Origin: Callorhinchus milii
Lineage: Eukaryota
Length of the DNA stretch: 64,000 bases
Reading direction: 5' to 3'
Assembly: GCF_018977255.1 (NCBI RefSeq)
Contig: NW_024704742.1
Span: 1,488,001 to 1,552,000 of the forward strand
The notes under the pieces are model-generated. The model saw only the letters and a list, made by a program, of their open reading frames with translations. It made no database searches and had not been told where the DNA came from. Numbering within the stretch: position 1 is the stretch's first letter; every line of letters begins with the position of its first letter. Shown piece after piece: positions 37,256-52,050 of this stretch. The translations under genes were made by a program, and so were the position numbers.

Positions 37256-38419
37256 ACCCCAACCGCTTCCTCCACAACCATTCAGGTGAGGATTGACAAA
37301 TGAATCGCCTGTCTGGTCAATGGACAGCACTACCTGGCGCGTTCAAACACAGCAAACGAATGGGTTAAAAACATCATGAGACTGGGATATGGAAGCTTTT
37401 CTCCCTGATCTCTGTGAGCGTGTGTGTGTGTGTGTGATTTTTTTAAAAAAAAATAGCAGGATGCTCCCAGGAGGGAGATCAAACAGATTGCAATTGACAC
37501 AAATGGAAACGTGCAAACACACAGAGAGAGAGAGAGGGAAAAGCTCTCAATGTTGTTCCATTTTGCACTGTGTAGCCTAAATGGGATTTTAATGCTCACT
37601 CCCCCAACCAGTCACATCTGCCTCCTGGAAATATAGCCATACAGCAATGTTCCCCTACATTTTCGATCCAATATTCTTTTGGCAATGAAAAAAAAAGACA
37701 TCTCCCTCCCACCCTCTCCTCCTCATTTCTGAAGCCATTAAAATAATGTTACTCGAATTGCTTTTTCCTTGGGTATATTTTTTAAAAAAATACCACACAC
37801 ACTGACTGACTGACTGACTGACTGTCAACCTGTCTGGAAAAGCTTTCATGTTCAACACCTGGACTGGAGCCACAGGAGGTGTTTGAGACACAGATTTCCA
37901 ACACTCACCTGATGGATCTCAAGTTTAAATTGAATTAAAAAAAATGTCTTTTTCTCTGTGTGCAATTCTGACTCTACTGATTCTCTCTTTCTCTCTCCTC
38001 TCTCTTTCCTCCCCCCTTACACCCCACTCCACTCCACCCCCCACACTTGATGCATTCCCACCCCATTCCCCCTCTGGCCATCAGCTCCTCTCCTTTTGCC
38101 AATTGCCACATTTCATGTTGCGTCCAACTCTGCAAAACACAGAGAGGGTATTTAATTTTTTTTTATTATTATTTTTTTTTTGGGTGGGGAGTGGGGTGGG
38201 GGGGGGTCCAATACAAGAGATTTCACATCAAAAGCTGAATGGTCTGAAACGAGATTGTCTTTACAGTGTGGGATGGATCATGTTATTTCCTTGTACAAGG
38301 CACACAGACACACACACACACACACACACACACACCACAGACAGAAACAACCACAGAAACACACACAAGGCACATGGAAAAGCGACGTGTTGAATTATTG
38401 CATTGCTTGTTTCTTGTCA

Positions 38420-38896
<477 letters not shown>

Positions 38897-39409
38897 TCAG
38901 TACATCACTGCTGGATTCGGTTTGGTTTGGTTTGGTTTGGAGGCTGAAGTGGCTGAGACCCAGAGCTGAGAAGCATTGACAGCTCACAGTGTGGCTGCTG
39001 AGGCTGAGCAGGTTTGTGAGCTTCCAATGACTGCGAACTGACTCTCTCTTCCCAACGTCCCCCTAATTCTCCAGCCCCAGACGTGCCTTCTGATTTGTTC
39101 ACACCACCTACTTTCATCTTCTAACTCCCCCCTTTGGGACCATCGAATCCCTCCATCCATCCCTCCCTCTATGTCTGTCTGTCTCTCTCACTCTTTCTCT
39201 ATCTCACACACACACACACACACACACAACCACACACACAAATAGTGGCACTGAACACCCTTTATTTCAGCAGTGAAAGGAAGGTTAAGCACAAACATTG
39301 ACCCAATTCCCAACACTTCAGTAACAACATTGCCAGGTTGCCGAACGAAGGCTGATCCCTGGTTTCAAGCTTCTTTCGGAAAATAAACAAAACATCTTGA
39401 CTTACTTAC

Positions 39410-39535
39410 CTCTACGCCTCGAAAACCAAAGACTGCACGTTTTTCTATTTGGGTAGTTTTTTTTGGGGGGCCATTACCAGCGAGATCAGGCCCGGTCTTT
39501 TCGCTTTGAGATGATGTGGGGCGCCATTGGTGATT
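39410..39535 (-). promoter_or_regulatory. candidate SNCA promoter / non-coding first exon
   Basis: Consensus donor GAG|gtaagt at 39410/39409; CCAAT on the minus strand at 39530-39526 next to a GC-rich motif. Confidence 0.35.
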
Positions 39536-39665
39536 TCAGTCAGTCTCCTGACAGGAGCCGATGGGGGGGGAAGTATCCTTTAAGAGCCGGTCCTTTGTCA
39601 ATAAGAATTTAATTTAATGTTTCAAGCTGCAGATTGTTTCCAGGATGAAGCAGTAAAAGTCAATG

Positions 39666-39952
39666 NNNNNNNNNNNNNNNNNNNNNNNNNNNNNNNNNNN
39701 NNNNNNNNNNNNNNNNNNNNNNNNNNNNNNNNNNNNNNNNNNNNNNNNNNNNNNNNNNNNNNNNNNNNNNNNNNNNNNNNNNNNNNNNNNNNNNNNNNNN
39801 NNNNNNNNNNNNNNNNNNNNNNNNNNNNNNNNNNNNNNNNNNNNNNNNNNNNNNNNNNNNNNNNNNNNNNNNNNNNNNNNNNNNNNNNNNNNNNNNNNNN
39901 NNNNNNNNNNNNNNNNNNNNNNNNNNNNNNNNNNNNNNNNNNNNNNNNNNNN
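39666..39952. other. assembly gap (N run)
   Basis: Continuous Ns. Confidence 1.
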
Positions 39953-40681
39953 CTCGAATCCCTCGTCCCTTTCACCCCAGCAGATTACTGATGACAATTT
40001 AAATTTTAATTGGTATCTTTTTCCCTCTCTCTCTTTCTCTCTGTCTGATGCTATTAATGACGTCGGAAGGAAAAGGCTCACAAAAGCACGAAAGCCTTGC
40101 CATCTGGCAGAAGCCCCGGACACCAAATAGAGCAGAGAAAAAAAAAGGGGGGTGAGCGGTCAAACAGAACCAGCCTTTCGCTCCAGTAATGAGGAAGGCC
40201 AAACTAATCCAAGCACAGTCCAGCTCACTTGTAAGAAAGACTGAGTTTGCTGCCAAATTCTCTTCTTCAGAGAGAGAAGGACTATGAGAACGCAGATTTT
40301 TGGGGGTAAATGCCACGCATCAGCTATTGGGTGAAGGAATGGGTGGGGGGTGGGGGGCGAGGGGGGGGAAATTATGCCTTCTGATGGAAATTATAACAGG
40401 AGATGCTCAAAAAGCCATAATTTATGATTTTAATAAATTGCTTCACCAACTCCCCCGGCTCCATTCCAGTAATTTCTCATTACTTTCAAGGTGAGTAATA
40501 TCTATGCAACGTATTCAATATTTTTTCCTGTGTTGGGCAGCCGATGCAAGTATCAAGCACTTTCCCAGTTGAGTCGCCGACAAGGACACAGTCACGACAG
40601 TTTACAGTAAAATCCTGTGAAGTGCTTAAGAGACATTTCGAGGACCTGATAATGCGCTGTACATATCAAAGGATTATAATG

Positions 40682-41054
40682 ATAATAATAATCTTTGCAT
40701 TTGACACAGCGCCTTATCAAGTCTTCGAGACGTCTCAAAGCGCTTCACAGGATAGACTGTCAAGTGAATTGACTGCAGATTTTGTGGGCGAAACGCGGCA
40801 GCCAATTGCACACAGCAGCGTCCCCACAAACAGCCGTGGATTGAAGTGACCAAGTTATTATTATTTTTTTTAAGGAAAATTATTACCCCGGAAAAGCGAT
40901 CCGCCGATCGACTAACAACTGGGTTCCTGCTTACTGTTGGGGAAACAGCTTCGTGTGGAGCAAGGAAACTTGCCCAACATTTCACCCTGATGGGAATCGA
41001 ACCCAGGTCTCTCGCTTGCGAGGCGAGTGCTCTAACTGCTGAGCTACAGGACAC
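40682..41054 (-). mobile_element. tRNA-derived SINE, long variant
   Basis: Head at 41054-40990, extra internal segment, tail with (TTA)n. Confidence 0.85.
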
Positions 41055-42820
41055 CACATATCATAATAATAATCTGTGCAATAATAACATTATTATTAAT
41101 AATAAGTCTAGAATAGGCCATATGCAGAGCAAACAGTCTAGCAATGTACTTCCCTCTCACCCCGACAGAGCAGTGCTCACTGAACCAGTGTAAAGGATTC
41201 ATTTTCACACGGTGTATCTTTATGACCTCTCTCTGGCTGAGACAACCCAGTTTGTGTCACTTTGGGTCCTGTTGGGCTTGCTGTTTGAACCCATGCCCGT
41301 CAGAAACTGAAGTGAAATCTGTGCAAACGAGCTCGACACGAGATCCTTACAGATCGCAGAGAGTGGTTTCACGCAAGGCTAGGCTGGATTGAAGCCTCTG
41401 TGCAAGAAACGAAAGGCAGTGTGCAAACCCCTGTCACCCTCAATCTGCCCCACTAACCCCAACAATTTACCATTTAAATATTTTCCACCCCAACGCCCTC
41501 CCCACCACCCACCGCCCCACCACCACCCACCGCCCCCTCCAACATCCCGCAGAAAAACTGAGCGCTATTTTGAACACTGATTGTAAAATTGAGCTGATGA
41601 AACACTAATGCCCCGCTCCTTCCCCTTTCGTCCCAGGTATCACTGGCTCGAGACCAAGGCTGAAAATCAGACTTTTTCAGTCAATTGTATATCGAAGTCC
41701 AGACTTCATGTGCTCCTTCCTGACACTCAACGTGNAAAAAAATGTGTCTGCTTGCCGTACAGATTTGTGCTTGACGGATTGAATGAATGGAGTCGGTTGG
41801 CAGGCTGCCTCTTATCCACCCCTTCCCCCACAATAGATTGCTCGGGGCCAGATGAACTGGAACAACAGTCCTCTCTCCCCCCACCGGAGATTGCAAGGAC
41901 AGATTGATCCCTACAACTCTGACACCTGCCATCCTCCCAATAGCCTAACAGGGATAGAATAGATGTATGCTTCAAACTGTACACCTCCTGACTAGACATC
42001 CAAGAATCCGATCAATACGGCAGTACCACAAGGTTGCAAACTCTCTCCTGCTCGCCAGCAACCAGACACCCCAATAATAAGGGACGCACTTAACTTCATT
42101 GCTAAAGCTCCAAGCAATAGGCAAGACAGCACTTAACTTACACGTCGGTTACCAGTAACGATGGGGAAATCTTTCAGCAAAAATGCGTGAAACGATGGCT
42201 TTCACCGGCTAACGTCACATTATTTTCAGGAGAATGCTTATTATTTCACAGTGGGATCAAAAAGACGGTATTGGCAGAGCAGACTGACGATGTGCAATGT
42301 TTTTCTTCCTCTCCCCCTCCCACCCCGCATCCCCCACCACCCCCGCCCCCCACAGAAATCTCTCAAAAGGTCAGAATGCTTATTGTGAAACAGTATTTTT
42401 CCAGGTGTTTCTCGGTGGCACAATATTTAAAGAGAATTTGCTCGCAATCTGTGGAAATCTCAGAAGGGAAGTCACAAATGACAAATGACAAATCACAAAC
42501 TGACCTGACTTTCCTTATCATCTCTATTAAAAATGAATAATGTAGGAGAGAAGCGTTTGCAGGTTAGAGTTATCTGCATGGAGTGATATAAAAAAAATGT
42601 GGTCACTCAATCCATCACAGCTGCAACCAATTGACTTCCCCGTTTCGCCCATGAAATAGACAATTCACTTTACCATATATTCTGTGAAGCGCTTTGAGAC
42701 GTCTCGACGACGTGATCAGGCGTGGTATCAAATGCAAGGATTATTGTTATTATTATTAGTAGTAATCCTATTCCACACACAGTTACATGTTCCATTTGTC
42801 AACACGGACACTTATTCAGT

Positions 42821-43143
42821 GTCCTGTAGCTCAGTGGTTAGAGCACTCACTTTGTAAGTGAGAGACCTGAGTTCAATTCCAGGCAGAGGGCGAAACCTTG
42901 GGCAAGTTTCCTTACTCTACACAGAGCCTAATAATAATCCCTCCAAAACAAAACAATAATAAATTGGTCATTTTCAATCCACGACTGTTTGCGGGGACGC
43001 TACTGTGTGCAATTGGCTGCCGCGTTCGCCCACAAATATACAGTCAATTCACTTTACAGTATATTCTGTGAAGCGCTTTGAGAGGTCGAGAAGACGTGAA
43101 AAGCGCTATATCAAATGCAAGGGTTATTATTATTATTATTATT
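42821..43143 (+). mobile_element. tRNA-derived SINE, full length (short variant, GAGAA loop)
   Basis: A box tagctcagtgg, B box gttcaattcc, shared body, L2-like tail, (TTA)n. Confidence 0.9.
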
Positions 43144-43928
43144 CATCACTTGAGCTTTGGGTTTCATGTGAATCGGGCATTTCAGCTTGTGTTAGACTGC
43201 AAAAACCCAGAACTGTCCACTTGTCTATTAATATAGCGTCTCCAGGTTAGGAAGGAGAACATTCACAAAGAGGTCCTTCTTACGCTAACTATCCAGTGAC
43301 TCCTTCGGAAAAGTGCTTGTGTGTGCCTTGAAATGCCTGAAATTGCTCATATTCTTAGCTTGAACCCATCGTCTTGAAAATTAAGATTGTGTAGAATTCA
43401 TGTAAATTCAGGTCTAATTTGGGAACTGTTTTTCTGCAGCTGTTTAAAAGTGATTCGCCGTTTAACTGGACAACCTTTTAAGAAACTGTCCATTTGTTGA
43501 CAGTGACTTTATACAGTCTGCGAATCGCTATTCAATTTAAGTGATGATCTTTAATTGGTGTATAATTTAGTGAGAAAGGACACGTGATCCTTCACAAGTA
43601 TTACTGGGGGAAAGTGCGTCCAAATTCATTTTTAATTTAATTTAAGTAGGAAACAAAGATATCTATCAACATGAAATGTAATCCATGTAGCTTGAAGCCG
43701 GTAACTGATGTATTGGACCTATGTGTGGCGGACAGGTGGTGGGGGAGGAATGAGCACCATTATGGGGGAGAAGCAGTTAGCACTGTGGGTAGGACAGGGT
43801 AAACGAGACACAGTCCAGGGAGAGGATTCATCACTGAGAGAAGGTCAGGAGGAAACTTTGGCACAAGGAGAAGGGCCACAATGCATTCAAGCAGCCAATT
43901 GTACCAGGACCTCGCGTGTAACTCCTGT

Positions 43929-44308
43929 GGGGCCCTGCAGCCTGTTGGTTAGAGCACTCGCCTCGCAAGTGAGAAGACTCAGGCTCGATTCCCGCACAGA
44001 GAGAAACCTTGGGCAAGTTTCCTCACTCCAAGCACTTCTGCTTACCCAGCAGCAAGTCGGAACACAGTGATTAAGTTCTACCGGTGGATTGTTTTCTGGG
44101 GGTAATGATCTCTGCCAAAATGAAAACAAAATAAAAAATGTGGTCACTCAATCCACGACTGTTTGTGGGACAGACGCTGCTGTGCGCAATTGGCTGCCGC
44201 GTTTCGCCCACAAATTTACAGTCAATTCACTTTACAGCATATTCTGGGAAGCCCTTTGAGACGTCTCGACGATGTCATAAGGCGCCAAATCAAATGCAAG
44301 GATTACTA

Positions 44309-44342
<34 letters not shown>
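43929..44342 (+). mobile_element. tRNA-derived SINE, long variant
   Basis: Same head and tail plus an extra internal segment (cttacccagcagcaag...ggattgttttctgggg). Confidence 0.85.
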
Positions 44343-45264
44343 GTCTGATAAATAACGTCTTTATTGTTTTCACACTCTACCTTTATGCGGGTCCGCAAAA
44401 GGAATATCCATGTGAGGTTTAAAAATCGAACAAAGCTATGTTTAAAATCAACTTGAGTAATCTCCGGCAGGCGTGCACCAGCTCACGTGGCAACGCCACA
44501 CTCGCATAATATCCCCTAACTTCCCTCCCAGCACTGAGCTGCTTCCTCTCCAGCTCGCTCCTCGTTAGATTACCGTTAGCCTCAAAAGCAACATCAATAA
44601 CAGTACATTTTACATTCGTGTGGCGCCTTTCGCACTGGGAGAACGTCTCAAAGTGCGATAGGCAAGCCGTTCAGTGAGGCTGTTAAATCTTATGCGTTGC
44701 ACAGCATACAAAGCGTATGAGGTATGTTTCAACTGACAAATTGCGGTGTCGGTAACAAGTTGGGGGAGGACTGCTCAAGAAAAAACAAAGGTGCCTGTAT
44801 CATAGTGTACCATTCTGCAGTTTTACTATGCCAGGGTAACATATTTTTGACTGTCTGCTCTGATTTTAAATCAGCTGCTTTTTGACTGTACATCTTCAGA
44901 ATCTGAAGTCTGATCTCCCCGCATCTTTGTATTCGATATCATGCCTTTCACGTGGGGATGGCACCTCACAGCGCTTCACGGGACTCGCTGTAAAGTGCAG
45001 TGAGCGTGTGTTTTTTGTAGGCAAATGCGGCAGCCAATTTGCGCACAGCAGTGCTCCACGAGCCGGTGGTTGAGTAGGACGAGGGAAGCGTTCCACACAA
45101 CTGGAATTTTGTACGGTAAACCAATCCGTCCAAAGCATTAAAAATCCAAATTAAATATGTATATATTGCCAGGTGACAAATATAAAATAAAACACAAAGC
45201 AGCATTCAAAAACTGAATGGCATTCTGGACCAAATGGTAGATGAATTTTAACATAAGTAAACAA

Positions 45265-45600
45265 CAACCACACACACTTTTATATAGCTCGCTTTATACG
45301 GAGAGCTTGGCAGTTTGTCGCTGACCTGGGGCGAGAGGGAAAGTGACAGTGAACACGGTCAAAGGGGAAGCGCTTCAAGTGTGATCTGAAGATGGGCAAT
45401 GAGGGGACAAGGCGGAGGGATTGAGGCAGGAAGTTCCAGAGTTTGGGGCTGAACGCAGCTGCCGTTGGTGATGGAGCGGAGGAGACGAGGGACATGCAGA
45501 AGGTCACAGTCGGCTGAGTGAAGTGGGCAGGTAATGGAGTGGGGTGTAAGCAGGTCGAAGAGGTAAGGGAGGTGCTAGGGCATGAATTGATTTGCGAGAA
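45265..45600 (-). mobile_element. L2 LINE 3' fragment
   Basis: AFSPKLWNFLPQSLR...FRSHLKRFPFDR plus tail. Confidence 0.7.
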
Positions 45601-46699
45601 AGTTCGAGGACCTATTTCGGATCTATTTATTTCTGAGGATAGTCAAGATAGTGCATATTAAAACAAATATCAGGAAACATGTCTACCACAAAATAGTAGT
45701 AGTGCAGTGACTGTAGGCGAAAGATAATAGACACATCAACAGTAATCCAAAACACATCAGACAGTGAATTGAAGCTTCAAATGTTTTATTTTTTTTGCAA
45801 AATCCTGATTTACACGTATTACAAAATCTATTGTGCTTGAACGATCGTTTTCAATGCTTTCAAGCAAAATGGTTGAGAGTATCAGAGCGGAGAGTATACA
45901 TTTGATTTTTCTACTGTATTGTACTCTTGTATCTTAAATGGAAGAACAGAAAGACATTAGCGCTAGCCCAGCCTTGTGTTTGTCTGTACAACGGGGTCTT
46001 GTTTGTCTGTTTATGTTTGCCTGAGGCTGTGAGCAAGTTGAAATCTCAGACCATGTTATTTAGTTGTAGGACTAAATGCGTGTCAATGCTTTAGTAAACA
46101 CCCGAGGGCTTCAATAAATCCCTTTCATCAAGATAAAGAAGGCAAAACTCATTACTTTTCAGGACACAAGCCATTAGCTTCCAGCGTCTGGAGGTGGGGA
46201 GTCACTGGGCCACATCTCCAAAAGTCCATCTGATGCATCCCTCTGTCCGGAACAATTAACAACGGTTCAAAGCCAAGCTGCAAATCGTCGGAAATGAATG
46301 ATTCTTATTGATGTCACAAGAGAATGATTTACCTTCAGCTGTTTTGCCTGCTTTGCAGTGATTGCCCTTCAGTTGGCGGTGTCAGAAGCGAGAGCTGCTG
46401 GCTGAGGCCGGGGACACAGCGATGCCCACCATGGGTACCTGGGAGCAGCTATCGTCAGGCAAGTCACGTATTCAGCTTTCAGTGTTGTAACTCAGCGTCA
46501 ACCAAAAGAAAGAAGAAAAACCCGAAGGCGAGTGGATGAAACAGGTGATTAAGATATGTGGTTAATCACAGTGGTTAGAGCCCAGACAGTAACGTTAGTT
46601 GCATGCACCTCCCATTCAAATGCTACTGCTATCCATTTCCATTATACCTCAAATCTGCTGACTATCCTCCGAGGGGCAGGAGAAAAGCAGGGACTTCAT

Positions 46700-47270
46700 G
46701 GAGCTGAACTGGCTCCAAGATGACGTGTTTGGCAACTGAATGTCGGAATCCAGCCGACCAACTGTGGCGGTCTGAGCCAGGCGGGAGCCGTAGTATTCCA
46801 GGGCACTCACTGCTGATGACAGCGCAGCCCGGCCTGACTAACCGGCAGGACCTGGAAGGGCCGACCAGTCACTGGGGGCAGGGAGTCATCCCACTCAGCT
46901 CCTGTTAACCCTGCAAACCATAGCCCTAATGGATAGGGTGGTCCTAGCCAGACAAGCAGTAGGAAAGCTTGGTCAGACAGCAATATCAACGGCAAGCTGT
47001 GTGGGTTTAGTTGGTTAAACTTCAACAGTTACCCCAACGCACACTCTGGGGTCCCCAAGCCTTGGCTCTTGCCAACTTGCACCTAGTACTCTCTGGGATT
47101 TAGTGAGCAGGATGTGTCCCTCCAGGGAGAGAGTGCGTATTCAATCCTAACAATCTATCTCTGGGACTTCCATGTGTCGGTGGGACACATAGAAATCTCA
47201 GTTTGGTTTGGATACCCTTAAGCACGGTGATGGGTTTCCGCACGTGTCAGACACCCAGCTGACCCCTAAA
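46700..47270 (+). repeat. unclassified interspersed repeat
   Basis: 46810-46897 matches the reverse complement of 29117-29205; 47028-47265 matches 33012-33246. Confidence 0.7.
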
Positions 47271-48289
47271 AACAACTCAAATGGTACTATAAAATATTAT
47301 GGTTACGTTCGTTCTGTTTTCAGAATGGATAAATAAATAATAAATAATTATTGCATTTAACATAACACCTTTCATATTGGGAGGATGTCCCAAAGCACAT
47401 CAGAAGATTTTTTGCAAAGTGTAGTTACTGTGTATTTTGTGGGCGAACGCAGCCACCAACTCACACACAGTAATGCCTCACAAACAGCCATGAAGTGAAT
47501 GATCAATTTTATTTGGGGAGGATAGTTGGCCAGGACACTGGGAGAAACTCCCTTCGGTTTATCAAATAATGCCTTGGGATCTTGCCTTGGGATATATATA
47601 TGTGTGAAGTCCTGTAATTTAGTGGTCAGTGCACTCGACTTGCAAGCAAGAGGACCTAGCTTCCCAGGCGCGGGAAACATTCAGCAAGTTTCCTTACTCC
47701 ACACGCCTCTGTTTACCTAGAAGTATGTGGGAACCCGGTTGGTAGTCAATATGCGGATCACTTTTCTGGGGTAATAATCCCTCAGAAAAAAATCCCCAAA
47801 ATAAAAATTCTAATGCCAATAACACGAGCACGAGAAGAGGTTACCCGCAGAGATAATGCAATGTACGTCGCAAGCTGAGTCTGTTCAGAAGGTCAGGAAT
47901 GGTTTCCATGACATCCAAGAGAAGAATAAAACAGAATTTACCTTTTAATTGTCTGGCAGAAAAGAAGGTGGGAACCAAGTACTTTTACAACTGGAACAAG
48001 TCGTGGTGGAGATTTAAGGAGCATATTGCTAGACCATCAATCGCCAGCAGTGAAGTAACATAGGACAGTCACTTCAAATTGTTCTGATTGTTGTGGAGCT
48101 TCACATGGGAGATGGAATCGGATGTCTATAAGGGAGGAATTGGTTAATATGTTCTTGATATTCCTTTAGACAGCGATCTGCTGATCTTTCTGAAGAACAT
48201 GAAAATCTCCAGATGGAAGAGTCACCTTCACAAGACTATTTTGGATAAACAAAGCGATTCAGCCAATTTGATCTCATCCCAACGTGCCC

Positions 48290-48432
48290 CAGTTCTGACG
48301 AAGGGTCGTGGACCCGAAACTTTGACTCACTTTCCTTTCTCCATAGACGCTGCCTGACCTGCTGAGTGTTCCTGGCCACTTCTGTTTTTCTTTTCAGATT
48401 TCCAGCATCTGCAGTATTTAGTGTTTTGTCCC
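48290..48432 (-). repeat. interspersed repeat, possibly Penelope-related; second copy at ~26548-26632 (+)
   Basis: aatactgcagatgctggaaatctg...aaacagaagt...gaacactcagcaggt-caggcagc-tctatgga present in both copies. Confidence 0.6.
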
Positions 48433-48905
48433 ATGTTTGAATCCTGACTTGTGCTGAGTTTACTGATATTACGAGGATTCTTTGTCTCTGAAAAACAATT
48501 AGACAAGCGGAGCTCTTCAGTCTTGATAGGAATGTCTCTGAGAAGACACCGTTGTTAAACATTAATTGAAAAAGTCAAACCAGATCAATAATTTAAGATG
48601 CGCCAAGACAGTGGAACAAGAGGACATATTATTATTATTATTATTATTATAGGTTTAGACCTGCAAAGAACAATTTCAGGACAGATTCCAGGAAGCTTTT
48701 TCTTTCGTCAGAGGGTGATCAACAACAAAAAAAAAACTTGCATTTATATATTCATATACTATATATATTTATATAATCCCTCCCACAGTGCTTGACAGGG
48801 GTGGAGCACGACAACGAGACGGGATAAGGGGAGGGGGTCGAAGAGGAACAACTCATTTACAAAGCAGCTTGATGCGGTGATGGTAGGACTTAGGCTGGGT
48901 ATTCT

Positions 48906-49234
48906 GGAGTCCTGTAGCTCAGTGGTTAGAGCACTCGCCTTGCAAACGAGACACCTGGGTTCAATTCCAGGCAGAGGGCGAAACCTTGGGCAAGTTTCCT
49001 TACCCCACACAGAGCCTAATAATAATCCCTCCAAAACAAAACAATAATAAATTGGTCATTCTCAATCCACGACTGTTTGTGGGACATTGCTGTGCGCAAT
49101 TGGCTGCCGCGTTCGCCCACAAATATACAGTCAATTCACTTTACAGCATATTCTGTGAAGTGCTTTGAGACGTCGAGAAGACGTGAAAAGCGCTATATCG
49201 AATGCAAGGATTATTATTATATTATTATTATTAT
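48906..49234 (+). mobile_element. tRNA-derived SINE, full length (short variant, GAGAA loop)
   Basis: Near-identical to the 42821 copy; ctcgc-cttgcaa-(a)cgag arm resembles tRNA-Ala(TGC). Confidence 0.9.
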
Positions 49235-51659
49235 CAAATGGGTCAAAGGGCCATCATCCAAACCGATCTTGTGATCGTTCTGAAAAAAATATTTTCACAT
49301 ATTTTAAACCAAGGGAGAAAATTGAAGGAGCATTTACCTTCAACAGCAACAAAAACAAGGAACTAAACGAGAAAATACTTTAAATCAATAGCCGGTCAAT
49401 TAGCACCTGAAAAAGAAGATCAGAAAACACTCATATTGTAACTTGCAGTCGGTTCATATTTGGACGTTCACTTCATGATCGTTAGCGCCTTTGACCGCAG
49501 TGCGCAAACCGGCTACAACATATGCAGTCGCTACGCATTACAATAAATCCTGTGAAGTTCTTGGAGACGTTTTCCGGACATGAAAGGCCCACCATCCAAA
49601 AAATCCAAGGATTTTTTTTATTATTATTCAACTACTATCGTTTTATAGCTACATTACAATAACAAGCTCTTTGGGACGTTCTGCAACTTGAAAGGCGCCT
49701 TATAAATTGTTTGTTCAGATGCTGGTGTCTTCAATTACACACGCTGCCAGTTGCAAATAGTTCACTGCTGAAAGCTGTGCTTGAAGCAAAAGAAACTTGG
49801 TGTAGGCATAGGAGAGAAGAGAGGAGAGAGATATGGGTGAAGGGGAGGATTCTCCTCCAGGGAAAGGTAAAGGGTTGTCCTTGGAGGAGGTAAGTGGGTG
49901 TCCTTGAAGCTGAACTGACTCCAAGGTGACATGTTGGGCAATGGAATGTCGGAAGAGAGTCAACCCTCTACGGTAGTCTCAGTTGTCTGGATCTTTCCAA
50001 ATGTATTCAAAGTGCAAGGACGTAAGAGGCATGGAAAAGGAAAAAAAAAACAACTGAGCTTCTCCACGGACCAAGTAGCAACAACAACAAATGACAAATT
50101 GCATTTCACGCCCAATTTAGTGGACGTGTTGCATCGAGTTTCCTCTTACATACTGCTTCTTGCTTCAACCACAGCTTCCCTCAGTGAGCCTTTGCCACAA
50201 GCGTCTTGTGTGATGAAAGCCACTAGCTTTTCACAGTCATCTAAATTACGCAACAGCAAGTTGTATTACTGCAACTTGCAGTGCACTCACCCCAACCCAT
50301 TCTGGCCCTCAAGAAAAATTCTGTACAGTTACACTCTGATTCTCAAAGACAACCACATAAACCCTCCGGGATATTCTTCTATCCCCAGATCTGCACTCTT
50401 CAGTTCTTGCCTCTTTCCATTCAACAGATAACAATCTTCTTCCTTTTCCCGACAAGATGAAATATTGGTTTATTGGGTTAATGCTTTTTGCCTTGCTTTT
50501 CCACGGCAGTTCCAAAGTCCTTCCTTGGGGGGAATGGTTAAAGTTGGGACTAAAGTTCCTTGTGAATGAACAGACAGAGGGGCTTCAGGTCCAGTTTAAT
50601 GGCACCTCTGACAAGAGTCAAACTATACGAGTTCTAAATCTTTGAACCCACAACTTTCTGACCCCGAGATGAGAGCGCTTCCAAGTCAGCCAGGCTGATA
50701 TACATGGTTTGCCAGGATGATATCCATCTTTCAGAGGAGATGTTAAACCAAGGTCCAGTCTGCTGGTTTAGGTGGAAATTAAGGATCTATCAACAGCTGG
50801 ATCACAGGACAAGTGAGTTAGTAAAATTGGAACGAAACCCCTGTCATCTTTGCAGCCAAACATAATACATAATGCGGAGTAGGTCAGGATGTGAGAGATC
50901 CCTCTCACGACAAGCAACAAGACAAAGTGGTCTGTTAATCGCGGCTCGGGAATGGTCATTTGTATAAAAAACACATCTTCCATCCTCCACCCTTTTTACT
51001 TCCAGTAAGAATCTTCACTTATGCTCCTCTCTCCCTCCTTTGCCCCATGCGTCGACCGACAGACATATTGCTCCTCATCGATTTGACGTCAAGTCATTTC
51101 CAAAGCTCAAGCTAAGTATTTCTTGCTACTTATTTCTTCAGATTGTAACCAAACTACTTACTCTGCCAGGAACTAACTGCAGATCAGGTCTTTTATACGG
51201 TCTGGGATAAAATTTAAAAAAGGCACTATTGACAGCAAGACAGCTTTGTCAAACGTGTCTTGAACACAGACAGTGTCTCTCTACACGAGTACAGTTCTAC
51301 AAAGCCAAAGTGATAGATGGTACTGGAGGCAATTTTTCGTGGATTGCACAAGTCTTTGAATTTGTTTGCCGAGGCAATTGTCGGTAATTATCTCTTACTG
51401 TATATCATAGGCAATATTCCAACCAATGCTTCCACGCAGTCTTGTAGGTGACCTCTGGCTGTGACTCATGGATAATTATTTGGCAAGTAAGAGAGGTTAT
51501 TTTAGAGTGTCTTGCTAGGTAGGTAGGAACCCCTGTTGTGGCCACGTATTATGATGGGCTGTAACAGTCTTCCACAGCTGCCACAAAACAGTGGCTTGGA
51601 TTCAGCTTTTAATCAGGTCAATTTCTACACATAATACGGTGCTCGGTGCAAATTCATGG

Positions 51660-52050
51660 CAACAACAATAAAATCACATTTATGTAGCACCCTTCATACA
51701 AGACAACATCCTGGAGCGTTTTACAGGGATGTGGTTGGACACTGAACGAGGGAGAGGGGAAAGGTACAGTAGGTGGGTTGAAAGAGGTAGGATTTAGGTG
51801 AGACGTCGTTTCAGAAAGAGAGGGGGTGAGACAGACGGAGTTCCAGAGGTTAGGGGTATAGGACCTGAACGCTGAGAGGGAGGGCAAGCAGAGGAGGAGG
51901 TTGGAGGGATAAGGGGGTTCCAGGACGTGGATGGATTTGAGGTGAAGACCTCGAAATCAATCGGCAGGGAGACACCGAGCCACTGGAGACTGGCGAGGTC
52001 TGGGGTAATAGGCGCGTGGAGCTTGGTGCAGATTGAGGATGCGGACCGCA
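51660..52050 (-). mobile_element. L2 LINE 3' fragment
   Basis: APITPDLASLQWL...IDFEV and TPNLWNS motifs plus tail. Confidence 0.7.

Noticed and set aside
37315-37335. REST/NRSE-like ggacagcac
   Set aside because: Only the right half-site is present; the TTCAGCACC half is missing.
39614-40130. Long ORFs containing X runs
   Set aside because: Artefact of the N gap.
48906-48975. tRNA-Ala(TGC)-like gene (also at 42821, 55248, 58023)
   Set aside because: It is the head of a SINE: no proper acceptor stem, and it is continuous with the SINE body and (TTA)n tail.
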